DNA from: Haliea sp.
Lineage (GTDB): Bacteria; Pseudomonadota; Gammaproteobacteria; Pseudomonadales; Halieaceae
DNA: 64,000 nucleotides
Reading direction: 5' to 3'
Assembly (NCBI GenBank): GCA_024642265.1
Contig: JAHEBL010000007.1
Span: 5,640-69,639, forward strand
The stretch's first letter is position 1. Every line of letters starts with the position of its first letter. The translations under genes were made by a program, and so were the position numbers. Shown one piece after another: positions 38,787 to 48,805 of this stretch. The notes below the pieces were generated by a model that was not told where the DNA came from, did not search any database, and worked only from the letters and a program-made list of their open reading frames with translations.

Positions 38787-39122
38787 ATGATCCGGGTGAT
38801 GGCAATGAAATCGATCAAGTATTCAGTAGCGGGCAGGCTCGGAGTAGCACTGCTGACCGGCCTGGCAAGCATGGCTTTATTTGCCGCTATGCCGCAGGGT
38901 GAATTCGCCTGCAAGGTGCGGGCCCAGGGAGGCAAGCTCGGCCTGGTGCTGGTGCAGGCTGATACCAGGGCGTTGGCTGCAAAGGCGGCTGTCGGCGCTG
39001 ACGCGTTCACAACAGATAACACGCGCGCTCGCGCTACCAGCGTGCTGGAATGTATCGTGCCGGAGCAGGAGCGTTTTGCGGACTACCAGTTCCAGCAATT
39101 CTTCGAAAATCTGCCGATGTGA
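38787..39122 (+). CDS. Small hypothetical secreted protein
   Basis: Signal-peptide-like MKSIKYSVAGRLGVALLTGLASMALFA and two Cys residues. It starts 7 nt after pilE (cluster 2). Alternative starts are at 38799 and 38805. No recognisable family. Confidence 0.5.
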   Translation: MIRVMAMKSIKYSVAGRLGVALLTGLASMALFAAMPQGEFACKVRAQGGKLGLVLVQADTRALAAKAAVGADAFTTDNTRARATSVLECIVPEQERFADYQFQQFFENLPM

Positions 39123-39155
39123 ATTAGCCGCTCACAGCCCTTGCGTGCCCGGGCG

Positions 39156-40559
39156 TCAGTCCTCCAGCCCCAGTTTTTTGAGACGGTAACGCAGGCTGCG
39201 AAAACTGATGCCCAGCAGCTTGGCCGTGGCGGTGCGGTTCCAGCGGCTTTCCTCCAGCGCCTTACTGATAATCTGCTTTTCGATCGACTCCAGATAGCCT
39301 TCGAGGTCGCCATAGGCGGCCTCCAGATCGAGTGCCGTTGCGCTTGAGCTGCCAACAGGGGCAGTGGTCGTGGCCTGGACCGGGTCGGGTGCGGGCCTTC
39401 CTGCTGGCGCCGCCGTGCCGGAAAACTGCAGGTCGTCCGCCGTGATGCTGGTACCGTCTGACAGGGCGAGAGCCCGTTCCAGCATATTTTCCAGCTCCCG
39501 GACATTGCCAGGGAAGCTGTAGTTGCACAGGGCGTCGATCGCCGACTTTTCCAGCCGGGGTTTTTCATTGCCTTCATCCCTGGCGATACGCGTAAGCAGC
39601 ACCTCTGCCAGCTCAGGCACATCCTCGATGCGCTCGCGCAGGCTGGGAACATAGAGGTCGATCACGTTAATGCGGTAAAACAGGTCGTTGCGGAAGCGGC
39701 CGGCTGCCACCTCGTGGGCCAGGTTTTTATGGGTGGCGCTCAACAGGCGCACGTCTGTGGCCTGTTCTTCGCTGGCCCCCACCGGGCGAATCGCTTTTTC
39801 CTGGATGGCCCGCAGCAATTTGACCTGCATGCCCAGCGGCAGGTCCGCCACCTCATCCAGGAACAGGGTGCCACCCGCTGCCGCCTGAAAAAGCCCGATT
39901 TTGTCCTGATTGGCACCAGTAAAGCTCCCCCGGGTGTGCCCGAACAGCTCACTTTCCATCAGGTCTGGTGGTATGGCGCCACAGTTTACGGCAACGAAAG
40001 CCCCGGAGGCTCTGGCGCCATTGTTGTGGATCAGCCGTGCAACAACTTCCTTGCCGCTGCCTGACTCCCCGTGAATATGTACCGGGGCCTGGCTGCGGGC
40101 GAGCTTGGTAATCTGGCGGCGCAACTGCTGGACTGACTCCGCCGAACCGATAAGGTCGTGATCGACGGCGTCATCGGCCTTGCGGGTGTCGCCTTCCAGC
40201 TGCAGGGCACTGGTTACCAGTTTGCGCAGGGTATCCAGCTCTATAGGCTTGCTGATGAAGTCAAAGGCGCCGGCTTTCAGGGCCGAGATGGCGGCCTCCA
40301 CGCTGCCGTGTGCGGTGATCATGGCCACGGGAATGTGGGGAAAGTCCTGCTGAATATACTCCACCAGGCTGATGCCGTTGCCGTCCGGCAGGCGCATGTC
40401 GGTGAGGCAGAGATCAGGCTGCTCCCGGGCAACCCCGGCGCGGGCCTCTTCCAGCGTTGCGGCGGTGAAGGTGTCCAGCCCCATTCGAGTGAGGGTAATA
40501 TCCAGCAGCTCGCGAATATCCGGCTCGTCATCCACTATCAAAACACTTTGCCTGCTCAT
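39156..40559 (-). CDS. pilR: Sigma54-dependent response regulator PilR
   Basis: MSRQSVLIVDDEPDIRELLDITLTRMGLDT...LCLTDMRLPDGNG...AMITAHGS, close to P. aeruginosa PilR. Also an AAA+ GESGSGKE, GAFTGA-like FTGA and a C-terminal HTH. Confidence 0.93.
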   Translation of the reverse strand: MSRQSVLIVDDEPDIRELLDITLTRMGLDTFTAATLEEARAGVAREQPDLCLTDMRLPDGNGISLVEYIQQDFPHIPVAMITAHGSVEAAISALKAGAFDFISKPIELDTLRKLVTSALQLEGDTRKADDAVDHDLIGSAESVQQLRRQITKLARSQAPVHIHGESGSGKEVVARLIHNNGARASGAFVAVNCGAIPPDLMESELFGHTRGSFTGANQDKIGLFQAAAGGTLFLDEVADLPLGMQVKLLRAIQEKAIRPVGASEEQATDVRLLSATHKNLAHEVAAGRFRNDLFYRINVIDLYVPSLRERIEDVPELAEVLLTRIARDEGNEKPRLEKSAIDALCNYSFPGNVRELENMLERALALSDGTSITADDLQFSGTAAPAGRPAPDPVQATTTAPVGSSSATALDLEAAYGDLEGYLESIEKQIISKALEESRWNRTATAKLLGISFRSLRYRLKKLGLED

Positions 40560-40601
40560 CTTTGTCCCTTGCTTGAAAGCCGCTCTTCCGCAAGCCTGCG
40601 G

Positions 40602-42227
40602 CTACAGGGCCCGCTGGTTCATGGAGATGCGAAAACAACTCTCGCCGCCATTGGTCGGTCGGTAACTCAGGTCGGCATTATTGATTTCACACAGTTCCTT
40701 GCACAAGTACAGCCCCATGCCGCTGCCGGCCTCCACCGTGGTGAAAAAGGGCTCGAACAGCTTCGTCCTGTCCCCCGGGGGAACACCGTTGCCAGCGTCG
40801 ATAATGTCGATCATGCACTGGTGGGCAGTGAAATCCAGGCTCACCAGGATTTTTGCGGTTTCCTTGCCCGTTGCCATTGCGCTGTGGCGCAAGGCGTTAT
40901 CAAGCAGGTTGGCCAATACACGCTGCAGGTTTTCCGGATCGAATTCCACCAGTAACTCGCGGTAATCGCATTCGATGGAGATATCGGCGGCTCGATTGAG
41001 CGCCTTCAGGTAACTGCTGACAAATTCGCTCAACCATTCGGACAACAGGATGTATTCAGGCTTTGGGGGCTCGCGCCTGGAGATTTGCATGACGCTTTCC
41101 ACGATCTGGTTTACCCGCACACAGTGGTGCTGGATGATATTGGCCATGCGCTGGTCGGTTTCGGAGAGATCGGGTGACTCCTGCAACAGTTGTGCCGCGT
41201 GACTGATGGCACCGAGGGGGTTGCGGATTTCATGGGCAATGCTCGCCGTCAGGCGCCCAAGCGAGGTGAGTTTCAGGGACTGGGCATACTGGGTGACGGG
41301 GGTGTAGTCCTCTACAAATACCAGGGCCTCCCTGCGGGCATTCGGTTGTAATTCCCTGAAGTGGGCGATAACCGGTGGTGCCCCCTCCATGACATTGAAC
41401 GGCTTGGCACGGTGCTGGCCTGAATCCTTCCAGTGCTCGAACTGGTATGCCAGTTCCGTGCTGTAATCCGCCAACTGCCGACCCTGTTCTACCGCCACCG
41501 GGCGCTCGGGGGCCAGCAGGCCGGTGGCGGCCTTGTTCATGACCCGCACCAGCCCGTCGTGACTCACCAGCAGAATCCCGGTATCCATGTGCTGCACGAT
41601 CTGCTCGTTCAGGCGTTGGAGGTTGTACAGGTCACTCGCCCTGTTGCGCGCGAGCTCTTCGGCCCTGCCGAGACGGCCGGCGATAGCCTGTACCATGATC
41701 GATACGCCAAAGATCAACGCGCCGAGCAGGCCGGCAGGAAACAGGGCATTGGAGTCGACAACGCCAACAATAATCAGCCGTATCGTGTCCATCAGGAGCG
41801 CGATGACGCAGATCGCGGCGACCAGTGTCGCCACTGTGCGATTGGTCAGCAGAACCGCGCTGGCCGCCGCTGTAATGACCAGCAGGATCGGCAGACCACT
41901 GGTCATACCGCCACTGCTGTCGGCGAGCAGGGTGATCGCGGCGATATCCACCAGGAAAATCAGGAACAATACTTTCTGGTTCTGGTTCAGCCGGGTCGAA
42001 AGTGAACCCACCAGCGGCACGCTGGTGGCCAGGTAACCCAGTGCGATTGCCAGGTAGAGTCCGGGGTTGAGGGATCCCACCAGCTGGCGGGTGTTCGGGC
42101 TCACCAGCATGATCAGCAGAACCACTGAAAGAAGTGAGCGGTAGGCGACATATATCCTGAACAGCGCGAGGTTCTGCTGGCTGGGAGAGTGGGGCGTCGG
42201 TCGGGTGAGAATAGCCGGGTGGTTCAC
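40602..42227 (-). CDS. pilS: Sensor histidine kinase PilS
   Basis: Six N-terminal TM helices, a PAS-like linker, H-box SIAHEIRNPL, and N/G boxes (LDNALRH, GSGMGL). Immediately upstream of pilR. GTG start. Confidence 0.9.
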   Translation of the reverse strand: MNHPAILTRPTPHSPSQQNLALFRIYVAYRSLLSVVLLIMLVSPNTRQLVGSLNPGLYLAIALGYLATSVPLVGSLSTRLNQNQKVLFLIFLVDIAAITLLADSSGGMTSGLPILLVITAAASAVLLTNRTVATLVAAICVIALLMDTIRLIIVGVVDSNALFPAGLLGALIFGVSIMVQAIAGRLGRAEELARNRASDLYNLQRLNEQIVQHMDTGILLVSHDGLVRVMNKAATGLLAPERPVAVEQGRQLADYSTELAYQFEHWKDSGQHRAKPFNVMEGAPPVIAHFRELQPNARREALVFVEDYTPVTQYAQSLKLTSLGRLTASIAHEIRNPLGAISHAAQLLQESPDLSETDQRMANIIQHHCVRVNQIVESVMQISRREPPKPEYILLSEWLSEFVSSYLKALNRAADISIECDYRELLVEFDPENLQRVLANLLDNALRHSAMATGKETAKILVSLDFTAHQCMIDIIDAGNGVPPGDRTKLFEPFFTTVEAGSGMGLYLCKELCEINNADLSYRPTNGGESCFRISMNQRAL

Positions 42228-42388
42228 TGTAGGGCTGGCCTGTTCCTGCCGGGTTATTATCGGGTTGGCACTAGTGTAACAGGCATTGCGTTGAAATCGG
42301 CTTGCCGCGGTTGCAGTCGCGACCGCCGCTAGCCGATTACCTCCGGCTGGACTGGCGGCGACTGACCAGCCGCCCTGCCGCCACCGGG

Positions 42389-43264
42389 TCAGGCATCCGG
42401 ACGGTTGTCGAACTGCGGTGGTTCCGGTGGGTCGAACAGGCCGAAACTCAATTTGTTGACCCAGGAGCGCTGCAGGCCGTCGAGGGTGTAGACGCTCTGG
42501 AATTCACCGTTTTTGTCCAGTGAGTAATGATCCGGATAGTTCAGCGCCAGTACGGCGATGGTCTCCCGGGCCAGGTCATCGTAACCGAGCAGAATGTAGC
42601 CCTGTGCCATGACCGCCAGCCCGTCGGCTACCGCCGGCGTATGCTGGAAATTCTCCACCACGTAAGCCCCGCGATTGGTGGCGGCCAGGTAGGCGCCGCG
42701 ACGGAAATAGTAGTTGGCCACAGTAATTTCATGGCGGGCCAGCAGATTGCGCAGGTAGACCATCCGGGCCCGGGCGTCAGCCGCGTAGGGACTGGCCGGG
42801 TAGCGGGACACCAGCTGGGCGAATTCGCTGAAGGCTGCCTTGGCCTGGCTGGTGTCGCGCTCGGAGCGGTCCGTGGGAATAAAGCGGTCGAAGATGTCCT
42901 CGGTCCCGGTATAGGCGGCGAGTCCCTTCATGTAATACGCGTAATCGACATTGGGATTCTGGGGGTGGAGGCGGATAAACCTGTCCGCGGCCTCCACAGC
43001 AGCCTCGTGCTCGTAGGCCTGGTAATGGGCGTAAATCAGCTCGAGTTGCGCCTGCTCGGCATATTTTCCGAAAGGATAGCGCGATTCCAGCAGCTGCAGG
43101 GCGCGTACGCTCTCACTATAGTTGCCGTTTTGCAGGTATTCCTGTATCTGCTCGTACATCTGCTGCTCCCCGGTATCCGCCATTTCGGGAAGTTCGTCGT
43201 TGCTGGAGCAACCCCATAGAGCCAGGCTGAAGACTAGGAGCAGGATGTATTTCAATGATCTCAC
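42389..43264 (-). CDS. bamD: Outer-membrane protein assembly factor BamD (lipoprotein, TPR)
   Basis: Lipobox [11 protein letters not shown]|CSS followed by [47 protein letters not shown] chose the GTG (43264) or TTG (43267) start. The 405-aa ORF-track extension is rejected. Confidence 0.88.
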   Translation of the reverse strand: MRSLKYILLLVFSLALWGCSSNDELPEMADTGEQQMYEQIQEYLQNGNYSESVRALQLLESRYPFGKYAEQAQLELIYAHYQAYEHEAAVEAADRFIRLHPQNPNVDYAYYMKGLAAYTGTEDIFDRFIPTDRSERDTSQAKAAFSEFAQLVSRYPASPYAADARARMVYLRNLLARHEITVANYYFRRGAYLAATNRGAYVVENFQHTPAVADGLAVMAQGYILLGYDDLARETIAVLALNYPDHYSLDKNGEFQSVYTLDGLQRSWVNKLSFGLFDPPEPPQFDNRPDA

Positions 43265-43364
43265 CAATTTGGAGTGGGGCCGGCGTGCTAAGATGCAGGC
43301 CGCAACACGGGTTGTAGCGGCGGTATTTAACCACAGGCGGCCGGGTGCATAAACAGGAAATATA

Positions 43365-44345
43365 ATGAAGGAAACCATAAAACTGTCGGCCGAGGTGCCG
43401 GACGAGCTGGACGGTGAACGCCTGGACCAGGCGGCAGCTGCCCTGTTCCCGGAATACTCCCGCTCCCGGCTCCAGACCTGGATCAAAAATGGTGAGTTGC
43501 GGGTCGGTGGCGAGCAACGCCGGCCGAAGGACAAGGTTGTAAGCGGGGATGTGCTGGTGGTTGCTGCGGAGCTGGTGAGGGAGGTTGCCTGGCAGGCACA
43601 GCCCATCGACCTGGAAATTGTCTATGAAGACGACAGCATCCTGGTGCTGAACAAGCCCGCGGGGCTGGTGGTGCACCCGGCTGCCGGCCACGCCGACGGC
43701 ACACTGGTCAACGCGCTGCTGGCGCATGCGCCGGAGCTGGCGCAGTTGCCCCGGGCAGGTATTGTGCACAGGTTGGATATGGAAACATCGGGAATTATGG
43801 TGGTGGCCCGCAGCCTGACTGCGCACCATCACCTGGTGGCCCAGTTGCAGTCTCGCACGGTAAAGCGTGAGTACTGCGCCGTCTGCATCGGTGCCATGAC
43901 AGGCGGCGGCACCGTGGACGCGCCCATGGGCAGGCACCCGAAACAGCGCAAGAAAATGGCGGTGCTGGCCGCCGGGGGCAAACCCGCCATAACCCACTAC
44001 CGGGTGACCCGCCGCTTTGCCCACCACACCCGCATTGCGGTCAGCCTGGAGACCGGGCGCACCCACCAGATCAGGGTCCACATGGCCTACCGGCACTACC
44101 CGCTGGTGGGCGACCCGGTGTACGGCGGCAGGCCGCGTATCCCCAAGGGCGCCTCCGGCGAGCTTATCGAGGCCTTGCGGCGTTTTCCGCGACAGGCACT
44201 GCATGCCCAGGTACTCGGTCTGATCCACCCGCAATCCGGTGAAGAGATGCGCTTTGAGTGCCCGCTGCCGGACGATATCGTCGGCCTGCTCGATATTCTC
44301 GAGCGGGAGGACCCGGTCACCCCCCATGAACGCCCCCTTTATTAG
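43365..44345 (+). CDS. rluD: 23S rRNA pseudouridine(1911/1915/1917) synthase RluD
   Basis: S4 domain ([31 protein letters not shown]) and catalytic [14 protein letters not shown]. Divergent from bamD, as in E. coli. Confidence 0.93.
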   Translation: MKETIKLSAEVPDELDGERLDQAAAALFPEYSRSRLQTWIKNGELRVGGEQRRPKDKVVSGDVLVVAAELVREVAWQAQPIDLEIVYEDDSILVLNKPAGLVVHPAAGHADGTLVNALLAHAPELAQLPRAGIVHRLDMETSGIMVVARSLTAHHHLVAQLQSRTVKREYCAVCIGAMTGGGTVDAPMGRHPKQRKKMAVLAAGGKPAITHYRVTRRFAHHTRIAVSLETGRTHQIRVHMAYRHYPLVGDPVYGGRPRIPKGASGELIEALRRFPRQALHAQVLGLIHPQSGEEMRFECPLPDDIVGLLDILEREDPVTPHERPLY

Positions 44346-45096
44346 GCCCGATTGGCCTGCCCCGGCCAATATCCTGGCCATGACAACCCTGCGCTCGGGG
44401 GGCGAGAGCTTGCCACCGTATGAGAGCTTCAACCTGGCCTCCCACGTCGGGGATGGCGACCTGGCAGTGCTCGCCAACCGGGCCAGGCTGTCCCGCCTGC
44501 TGCCCCCGGGCACCCAGGTGCAATGGCTGACGCAGGTGCACGGCGCAGATGTGGTCGATGCCGCCGCCGCCGATACCGTCGCGGATGCGAGCTGGACCCG
44601 CAGCCCGGCCTGCGCCTGCGCGGTGCTGACGGCGGATTGCCTGCCGGTGCTGTTTTGTTCCCGCGAGGGAGATGCCGTTGCCGCGGCGCATGCGGGCTGG
44701 CGTGGTCTGCTCGACGGGGTGCTGGAAAATACCGTCGCGGCAATGGGGCTCGAGCCCCGCAGGATTATGGCCTGGCTGGGACCGGCCATCGGTCCGGCCG
44801 CATTTGAGGTGGGCGCGGAGGTAAGGGCGGCGTTCCTCGACGCAGCCCGGGTCGTGCAGCGGGCACAAACCGAAGCCTGCTTTGTCCCCTCGGCGGGCCG
44901 TCCCGGGCATTACCTCGCCGACCTGTACGCACTTGCCAGGCTGCGACTGGCCCCCCTCGGCCCGGACGGGGTGTTCGGGGGCGGCTTCTGTACATTTACC
45001 GAACAAGACCGTTACTTCTCCTACCGGCGGGATGGCCGCACCGGGCGTATGGCCAGCCTGATCCTCCTCCACAGCGGGTTTGGGTTTAGCCCTTAA
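44326..45096 (+). CDS. pgeF: Peptidoglycan editing factor PgeF (YfiH, laccase-domain protein)
   Basis: ILAMTTLRSGGESLPPYESFNLASHVGD...TADCLPVLF...AAAHAGWRG. The ATG at 44326 overlaps the rluD end by 20 nt. Confidence 0.88.
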   Translation: MNAPFIRPDWPAPANILAMTTLRSGGESLPPYESFNLASHVGDGDLAVLANRARLSRLLPPGTQVQWLTQVHGADVVDAAAADTVADASWTRSPACACAVLTADCLPVLFCSREGDAVAAAHAGWRGLLDGVLENTVAAMGLEPRRIMAWLGPAIGPAAFEVGAEVRAAFLDAARVVQRAQTEACFVPSAGRPGHYLADLYALARLRLAPLGPDGVFGGGFCTFTEQDRYFSYRRDGRTGRMASLILLHSGFGFSP

Positions 45097-45144
45097 CCGC
45101 TCGTAAATGGCTCCCGCGGGTCCGGATATTCTCTAAATCCTTGG

Positions 45145-45172
45145 TTGAAACAGGGCTATTCAGTCCCCATAT
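45145..45172 (+). promoter_or_regulatory. Sigma32 promoter of clpB
   Basis: TTGAAA (45145-45150), 14 nt, then CCCCATAT (45165-45172), a near-perfect match to the heat-shock promoter consensus, 62 nt upstream of the clpB ATG. Confidence 0.75.
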
Positions 45173-45234
45173 AGTGAGGCATGGAACGAGGAGCCGCTGC
45201 ATTGGAGCGCGGTGACCTGAGGAGACGGAAAGCT

Positions 45235-47811
45235 ATGAGAATGGATAAATTGACGAACCAGCTGCAAATGGCGCTGGCGGATGCCCAGTCATTGGCGTTG
45301 GGAAGGGACCACAATTTTATCGAGCCGGTCCACCTGTTGAGTGCCCTGCTGGAACAAAAGGGTGGCTCTACCAGGCCACTGCTGCAGAAAGCCGGCGCGA
45401 ATGTTGCGGGCCTGGTGACTGGCGTGAAATCAGCGGTCGAAGCGCTGCCCACGGTCAGCGGCACCGGGGGCGACGTCCATCTGTCAAACGACCTGGGCAA
45501 GATACTCAACGTGGCGGACAAGCTGGCCCAGCAGGGCGGCGACACCTATATTTCCAGTGAACTGGTGCTGCTGGCCATGCTGCAGAGCAAGACCTCCGCG
45601 GGCCAGCTGCTCAAGGACAGCCAGGTGACCCCGCTGGCGCTGCAAGGCGCTATCGAACAGGTACGTGGCGGCGAGTCAGTGAGTAACCCGGAGGCCGAGG
45701 AGTCCCGCCAGGCGCTGGACAAGTACACCATCGACCTCACCGAACGGGCTGAACAGGGCAAGCTGGATCCGGTGATCGGCCGGGACGACGAGATCCGCCG
45801 TACCATCCAGGTATTGCAGCGCCGCACCAAGAACAACCCGGTGCTGATCGGCGAGCCCGGTGTCGGTAAAACCGCCATCATCGAAGGCCTGGCCCAGCGG
45901 GTAATCAATGGCGAGGTCCCCGAGGGCCTCAAGGACAAGCGTATCCTGTCCCTGGACCTTGGTGCCCTGCTGGCAGGCGCCAAGTTTCGCGGCGATTTCG
46001 AGGAGCGCCTGAAGGCGGTCCTCAACGAGCTTTCCAAGCAGGAGGGCCGCATCATCCTGTTCATCGACGAGCTGCATACCATGGTGGGTGCGGGCAAGGC
46101 CGAGGGCTCCATGGATGCCGGCAATATGCTCAAGCCTGCCCTGGCGCGCGGTGAGCTGCACTGCGTGGGCGCGACCACTCTGAATGAGTACCGCCAGTAT
46201 GTCGAAAAGGATGCCGCCCTCGAGCGCCGTTTCCAGAAGGTCCTGGTGGACGAACCCAATGAGGAGGACACCATAGCGATCCTCAGGGGCCTGAAGGAGC
46301 GCTACGAGGTACACCACGGGGTCGATATCACCGACAGCGCGATCATCGCTGCGGCAAAGTTGTCCCAGCGGTATATCACCGACCGGCAATTGCCCGACAA
46401 GGCAATCGACCTGGTGGACGAGGCCGCCAGCCGCATTCGCATGGAAATCGACTCCAAGCCGGAAGCAATGGACAAACTGGAGCGTCGCCTGATTCAGCTC
46501 AAGATTGAGCGCGAGGCCGTGAAAAAGGATACAACCCCTGCGGCCCTCAAGCAGGTTGAGCTGCTGGACAAGGAAATCGAGAAGGTCCAGCGCGAGTTTT
46601 CCGACCTTGAGGAAATCTGGAAATCAGAGAAAGCCTCCGTGCAGGGTGCTGCGCAAATCAAGAGTGACCTGGAGCAGGCGAAGCTGGATATGGAAACCGC
46701 CAGGCGTGCCGGTGACCTGACCCGCATGTCGGAGCTCCAGTACGGCCGCATGCCCGAGCTGGAAAAACAGCTGGCCATGGCCCAGGAATCTGAAACCCGC
46801 GACACAGTGCTGCTGCGCAACAAGGTCACCGAGGAAGAGATCGCCGAGGTGGTGTCACGCTGGACCGGGATTCCGGTGTCCAAGATGATGGAGGGTGATC
46901 GGGAAAAACTGCTGCGTATGGAAGAGGCCCTGCACAAGCGGGTGGTTGGCCAGGATGAGGCGGTTGTCGCTGTTTCCAACGCGGTGCGCCGTTCAAGGGC
47001 CGGTTTGTCGGATCCCAAGCGTCCCAACGGTTCGTTCCTGTTCCTGGGGCCCACCGGGGTCGGCAAGACAGAGCTTTGCAAAGCCCTGGCGGATTTTCTC
47101 TTCGACAGTGAAGACGCCATGGTGAGAATCGACATGTCCGAGTTCATGGAGAAACACTCCGTGGCACGGATGATCGGAGCGCCCCCCGGTTACGTCGGCT
47201 ATGAGGAGGGCGGCTACCTGACCGAGGCGGTGCGCCGCAGGCCCTATTCCCTGTTATTGCTGGACGAGGTGGAGAAAGCCCACCCCGATGTGTTCAACAT
47301 CCTGCTGCAGGTACTGGAGGACGGTCGGCTGACCGATGGCCAGGGTCGGACAGTGGATTTCCGCAACACCGTGGTGGTTATGACGTCAAATCTGGGGTCG
47401 GACGTGATCCAGGAGCTGGCGGGCGAAGAAAACTACGACGCGATGAAGTCCGCGGTTATGAATGTGGTCGGCAGCCACTTCAGGCCGGAATTTATCAACC
47501 GGATAGACGAGTCGGTGGTATTCCATCCGCTGGTGCAGGACCAGATACGCGGCATCGCCGAGATCCAGTTGGGTGGGCTCAAGCAGCGGCTCGTCGAGCG
47601 CGAGCTGGGGCTGGAACTCAGCCCGGCCTTCATGGACCACCTTGTGGCAGCCGGGTTTGATCCGGTGTACGGGGCCAGGCCCCTCAAGCGGGCGATCCAG
47701 CAGCAACTGGAAAACCCCCTGGCCCAGCGCATCCTGGCAGGTGAGTTTGAACCGGGACAGACTGTGGTCGTTGACCTCGACGGGGAGAACACCACGTTCA
47801 CCTGCAGGTGA
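45235..47811 (+). CDS. clpB: Disaggregase chaperone ClpB
   Basis: [39 protein letters not shown] aligns with the E. coli ClpB N-terminus. Two AAA+ modules (GEPGVGKT; GPTGVGKT) and a coiled-coil M-domain. The ORF-track start at 45181 is rejected. Confidence 0.98.
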   Translation: MRMDKLTNQLQMALADAQSLALGRDHNFIEPVHLLSALLEQKGGSTRPLLQKAGANVAGLVTGVKSAVEALPTVSGTGGDVHLSNDLGKILNVADKLAQQGGDTYISSELVLLAMLQSKTSAGQLLKDSQVTPLALQGAIEQVRGGESVSNPEAEESRQALDKYTIDLTERAEQGKLDPVIGRDDEIRRTIQVLQRRTKNNPVLIGEPGVGKTAIIEGLAQRVINGEVPEGLKDKRILSLDLGALLAGAKFRGDFEERLKAVLNELSKQEGRIILFIDELHTMVGAGKAEGSMDAGNMLKPALARGELHCVGATTLNEYRQYVEKDAALERRFQKVLVDEPNEEDTIAILRGLKERYEVHHGVDITDSAIIAAAKLSQRYITDRQLPDKAIDLVDEAASRIRMEIDSKPEAMDKLERRLIQLKIEREAVKKDTTPAALKQVELLDKEIEKVQREFSDLEEIWKSEKASVQGAAQIKSDLEQAKLDMETARRAGDLTRMSELQYGRMPELEKQLAMAQESETRDTVLLRNKVTEEEIAEVVSRWTGIPVSKMMEGDREKLLRMEEALHKRVVGQDEAVVAVSNAVRRSRAGLSDPKRPNGSFLFLGPTGVGKTELCKALADFLFDSEDAMVRIDMSEFMEKHSVARMIGAPPGYVGYEEGGYLTEAVRRRPYSLLLLDEVEKAHPDVFNILLQVLEDGRLTDGQGRTVDFRNTVVVMTSNLGSDVIQELAGEENYDAMKSAVMNVVGSHFRPEFINRIDESVVFHPLVQDQIRGIAEIQLGGLKQRLVERELGLELSPAFMDHLVAAGFDPVYGARPLKRAIQQQLENPLAQRILAGEFEPGQTVVVDLDGENTTFTCR

Positions 47812-47830
47812 TCCGGTTTCATTCGACAAT

Positions 47831-47858
47831 AAAAAAGGCCCCGCGAGGGGCCTTTTTT
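47831..47858. terminator. Bidirectional rho-independent terminator between clpB and a convergent gene
   Basis: AAAAAAGGCCCC, loop GCGA, GGGGCCTTTTTT. Confidence 0.88.
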
Positions 47859-47862
47859 ATTG

Positions 47863-48336
47863 CTAGTTGCAGTGAACGGCGATGACGTCCATGGCCTGTT
47901 GACGCTGTATTTCCCTATCTTCCTCGCTCAGGGGTCGCAGCTCGCCCTGGTCATTGCGGATCTGGATTCGGGTCTTGGTGTTCAGTGTCTGCAGGTTTTC
48001 CTGCGCGCGCTGGCACTGCTCGGCGCTCTTTTTTACGGGTGCTTTACTGGTGTTCACCGGCTCAAAGTCGTTGCTCACGGTGGGCTCGGTGGTCGCCGGC
48101 ACCGCCCCCTCTTCGGCATCCACCTGGCGCACCAGGCTTGATCCTGTGGTAATCACCTCGTAGGGGGTTCCCGCGGGCGGTGGCCGGTCGCTGTGAACCG
48201 GATTGCCCCGGTCATCCTGCCATCGGTAATAGGTGCTGCTGGCATGCGCCGAAAAGCCCGCGCCGGCCACAAGAATCAAAGCTGTGACTGCAAGGCAGGC
48301 CCTCGTTACCTGTTTCACGTCCATCTCTCCCGTCAA
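47863..48336 (-). CDS. DUF4124-domain periplasmic protein
   Basis: Signal peptide ...CLAVTALILVAGAGFSAHA and the YYRWQDDRGNPVHSDRPP motif typical of DUF4124. Start is ambiguous (TTG 48336, ATG 48324 or GTG 48318). Confidence 0.7.
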   Translation of the reverse strand: MTGEMDVKQVTRACLAVTALILVAGAGFSAHASSTYYRWQDDRGNPVHSDRPPPAGTPYEVITTGSSLVRQVDAEEGAVPATTEPTVSNDFEPVNTSKAPVKKSAEQCQRAQENLQTLNTKTRIQIRNDQGELRPLSEEDREIQRQQAMDVIAVHCN

Positions 48337-48805
48337 TTATTGCCCCTGCCACCTAAAGTAACCCACTGGACCCGAGTAGGCAATCCAGTGTCCGCCCCGG
48401 TCCGGACTGTCCCGGGCTGGTTGACTTTGGGGCAGTTCATGCGAACAATAGGCGCGTCTTTCAGATGGCAACGGCTAACGTCGAGTACCCTCGATCTCTG
48501 GCCCACTGTCCCGATCCCATTATTCGGGTTCAGCTGTTTGTAAGTCCCGTAATCAACGTCGGCCGCACAGGCCGGGTTGAGGGCCAGACACTGCGCTATC
48601 CCGCAGGGCTACCGATACACGGGTGTTCGTGATCGTATATCCCCCAAGGAGCGTCGCTGGGGGTGTTCCCGGGCAGTGTGTCGAGCTTGAAGGGGTGGCG
48701 TCGCCAATCGAAGGCCTTTCCGGGCCGTTCAACAGCAGCGTCCACACATGTTTTCGGAATGTACCGGCGAGGGTTACGCGTCGGGCGTTTTATTATGGGA
48801 GATGT

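Noticed and set aside
42262-42277. TGGCAC-N5-TAACA on the plus strand between the pilS start and the bamD stop, considered as a sigma54 promoter.
   Set aside because: The -12 element lacks the conserved GC, and the motif points at the 3' end of bamD, where there is no gene to drive.
43116-44789. 557-aa minus-strand ORF overlapping rluD and pgeF. Similar long antisense ORFs occur at 3301-4332, 19924-20805, 20890-21765, 22566-23573, 23589-24623, 29998-30834, 40158-40955, 52555-53571, 58601-59365 and 60610-61269.
   Set aside because: Each lies opposite a confidently identified gene, has a biased Arg/Pro/Gly/His-rich composition and shows no family signature. I treat them as GC-driven spurious ORFs.
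48465-48632. 55-codon ORF (MATANVEYPRSLAHCPDPIIRVQLFVSPVINVG...) in the ilvI leader, considered as an attenuation leader peptide.
   Set aside because: It has no run of Leu, Val or Ile codons and no obvious alternative terminator/antiterminator pairing, and it is too long for a typical leader peptide.
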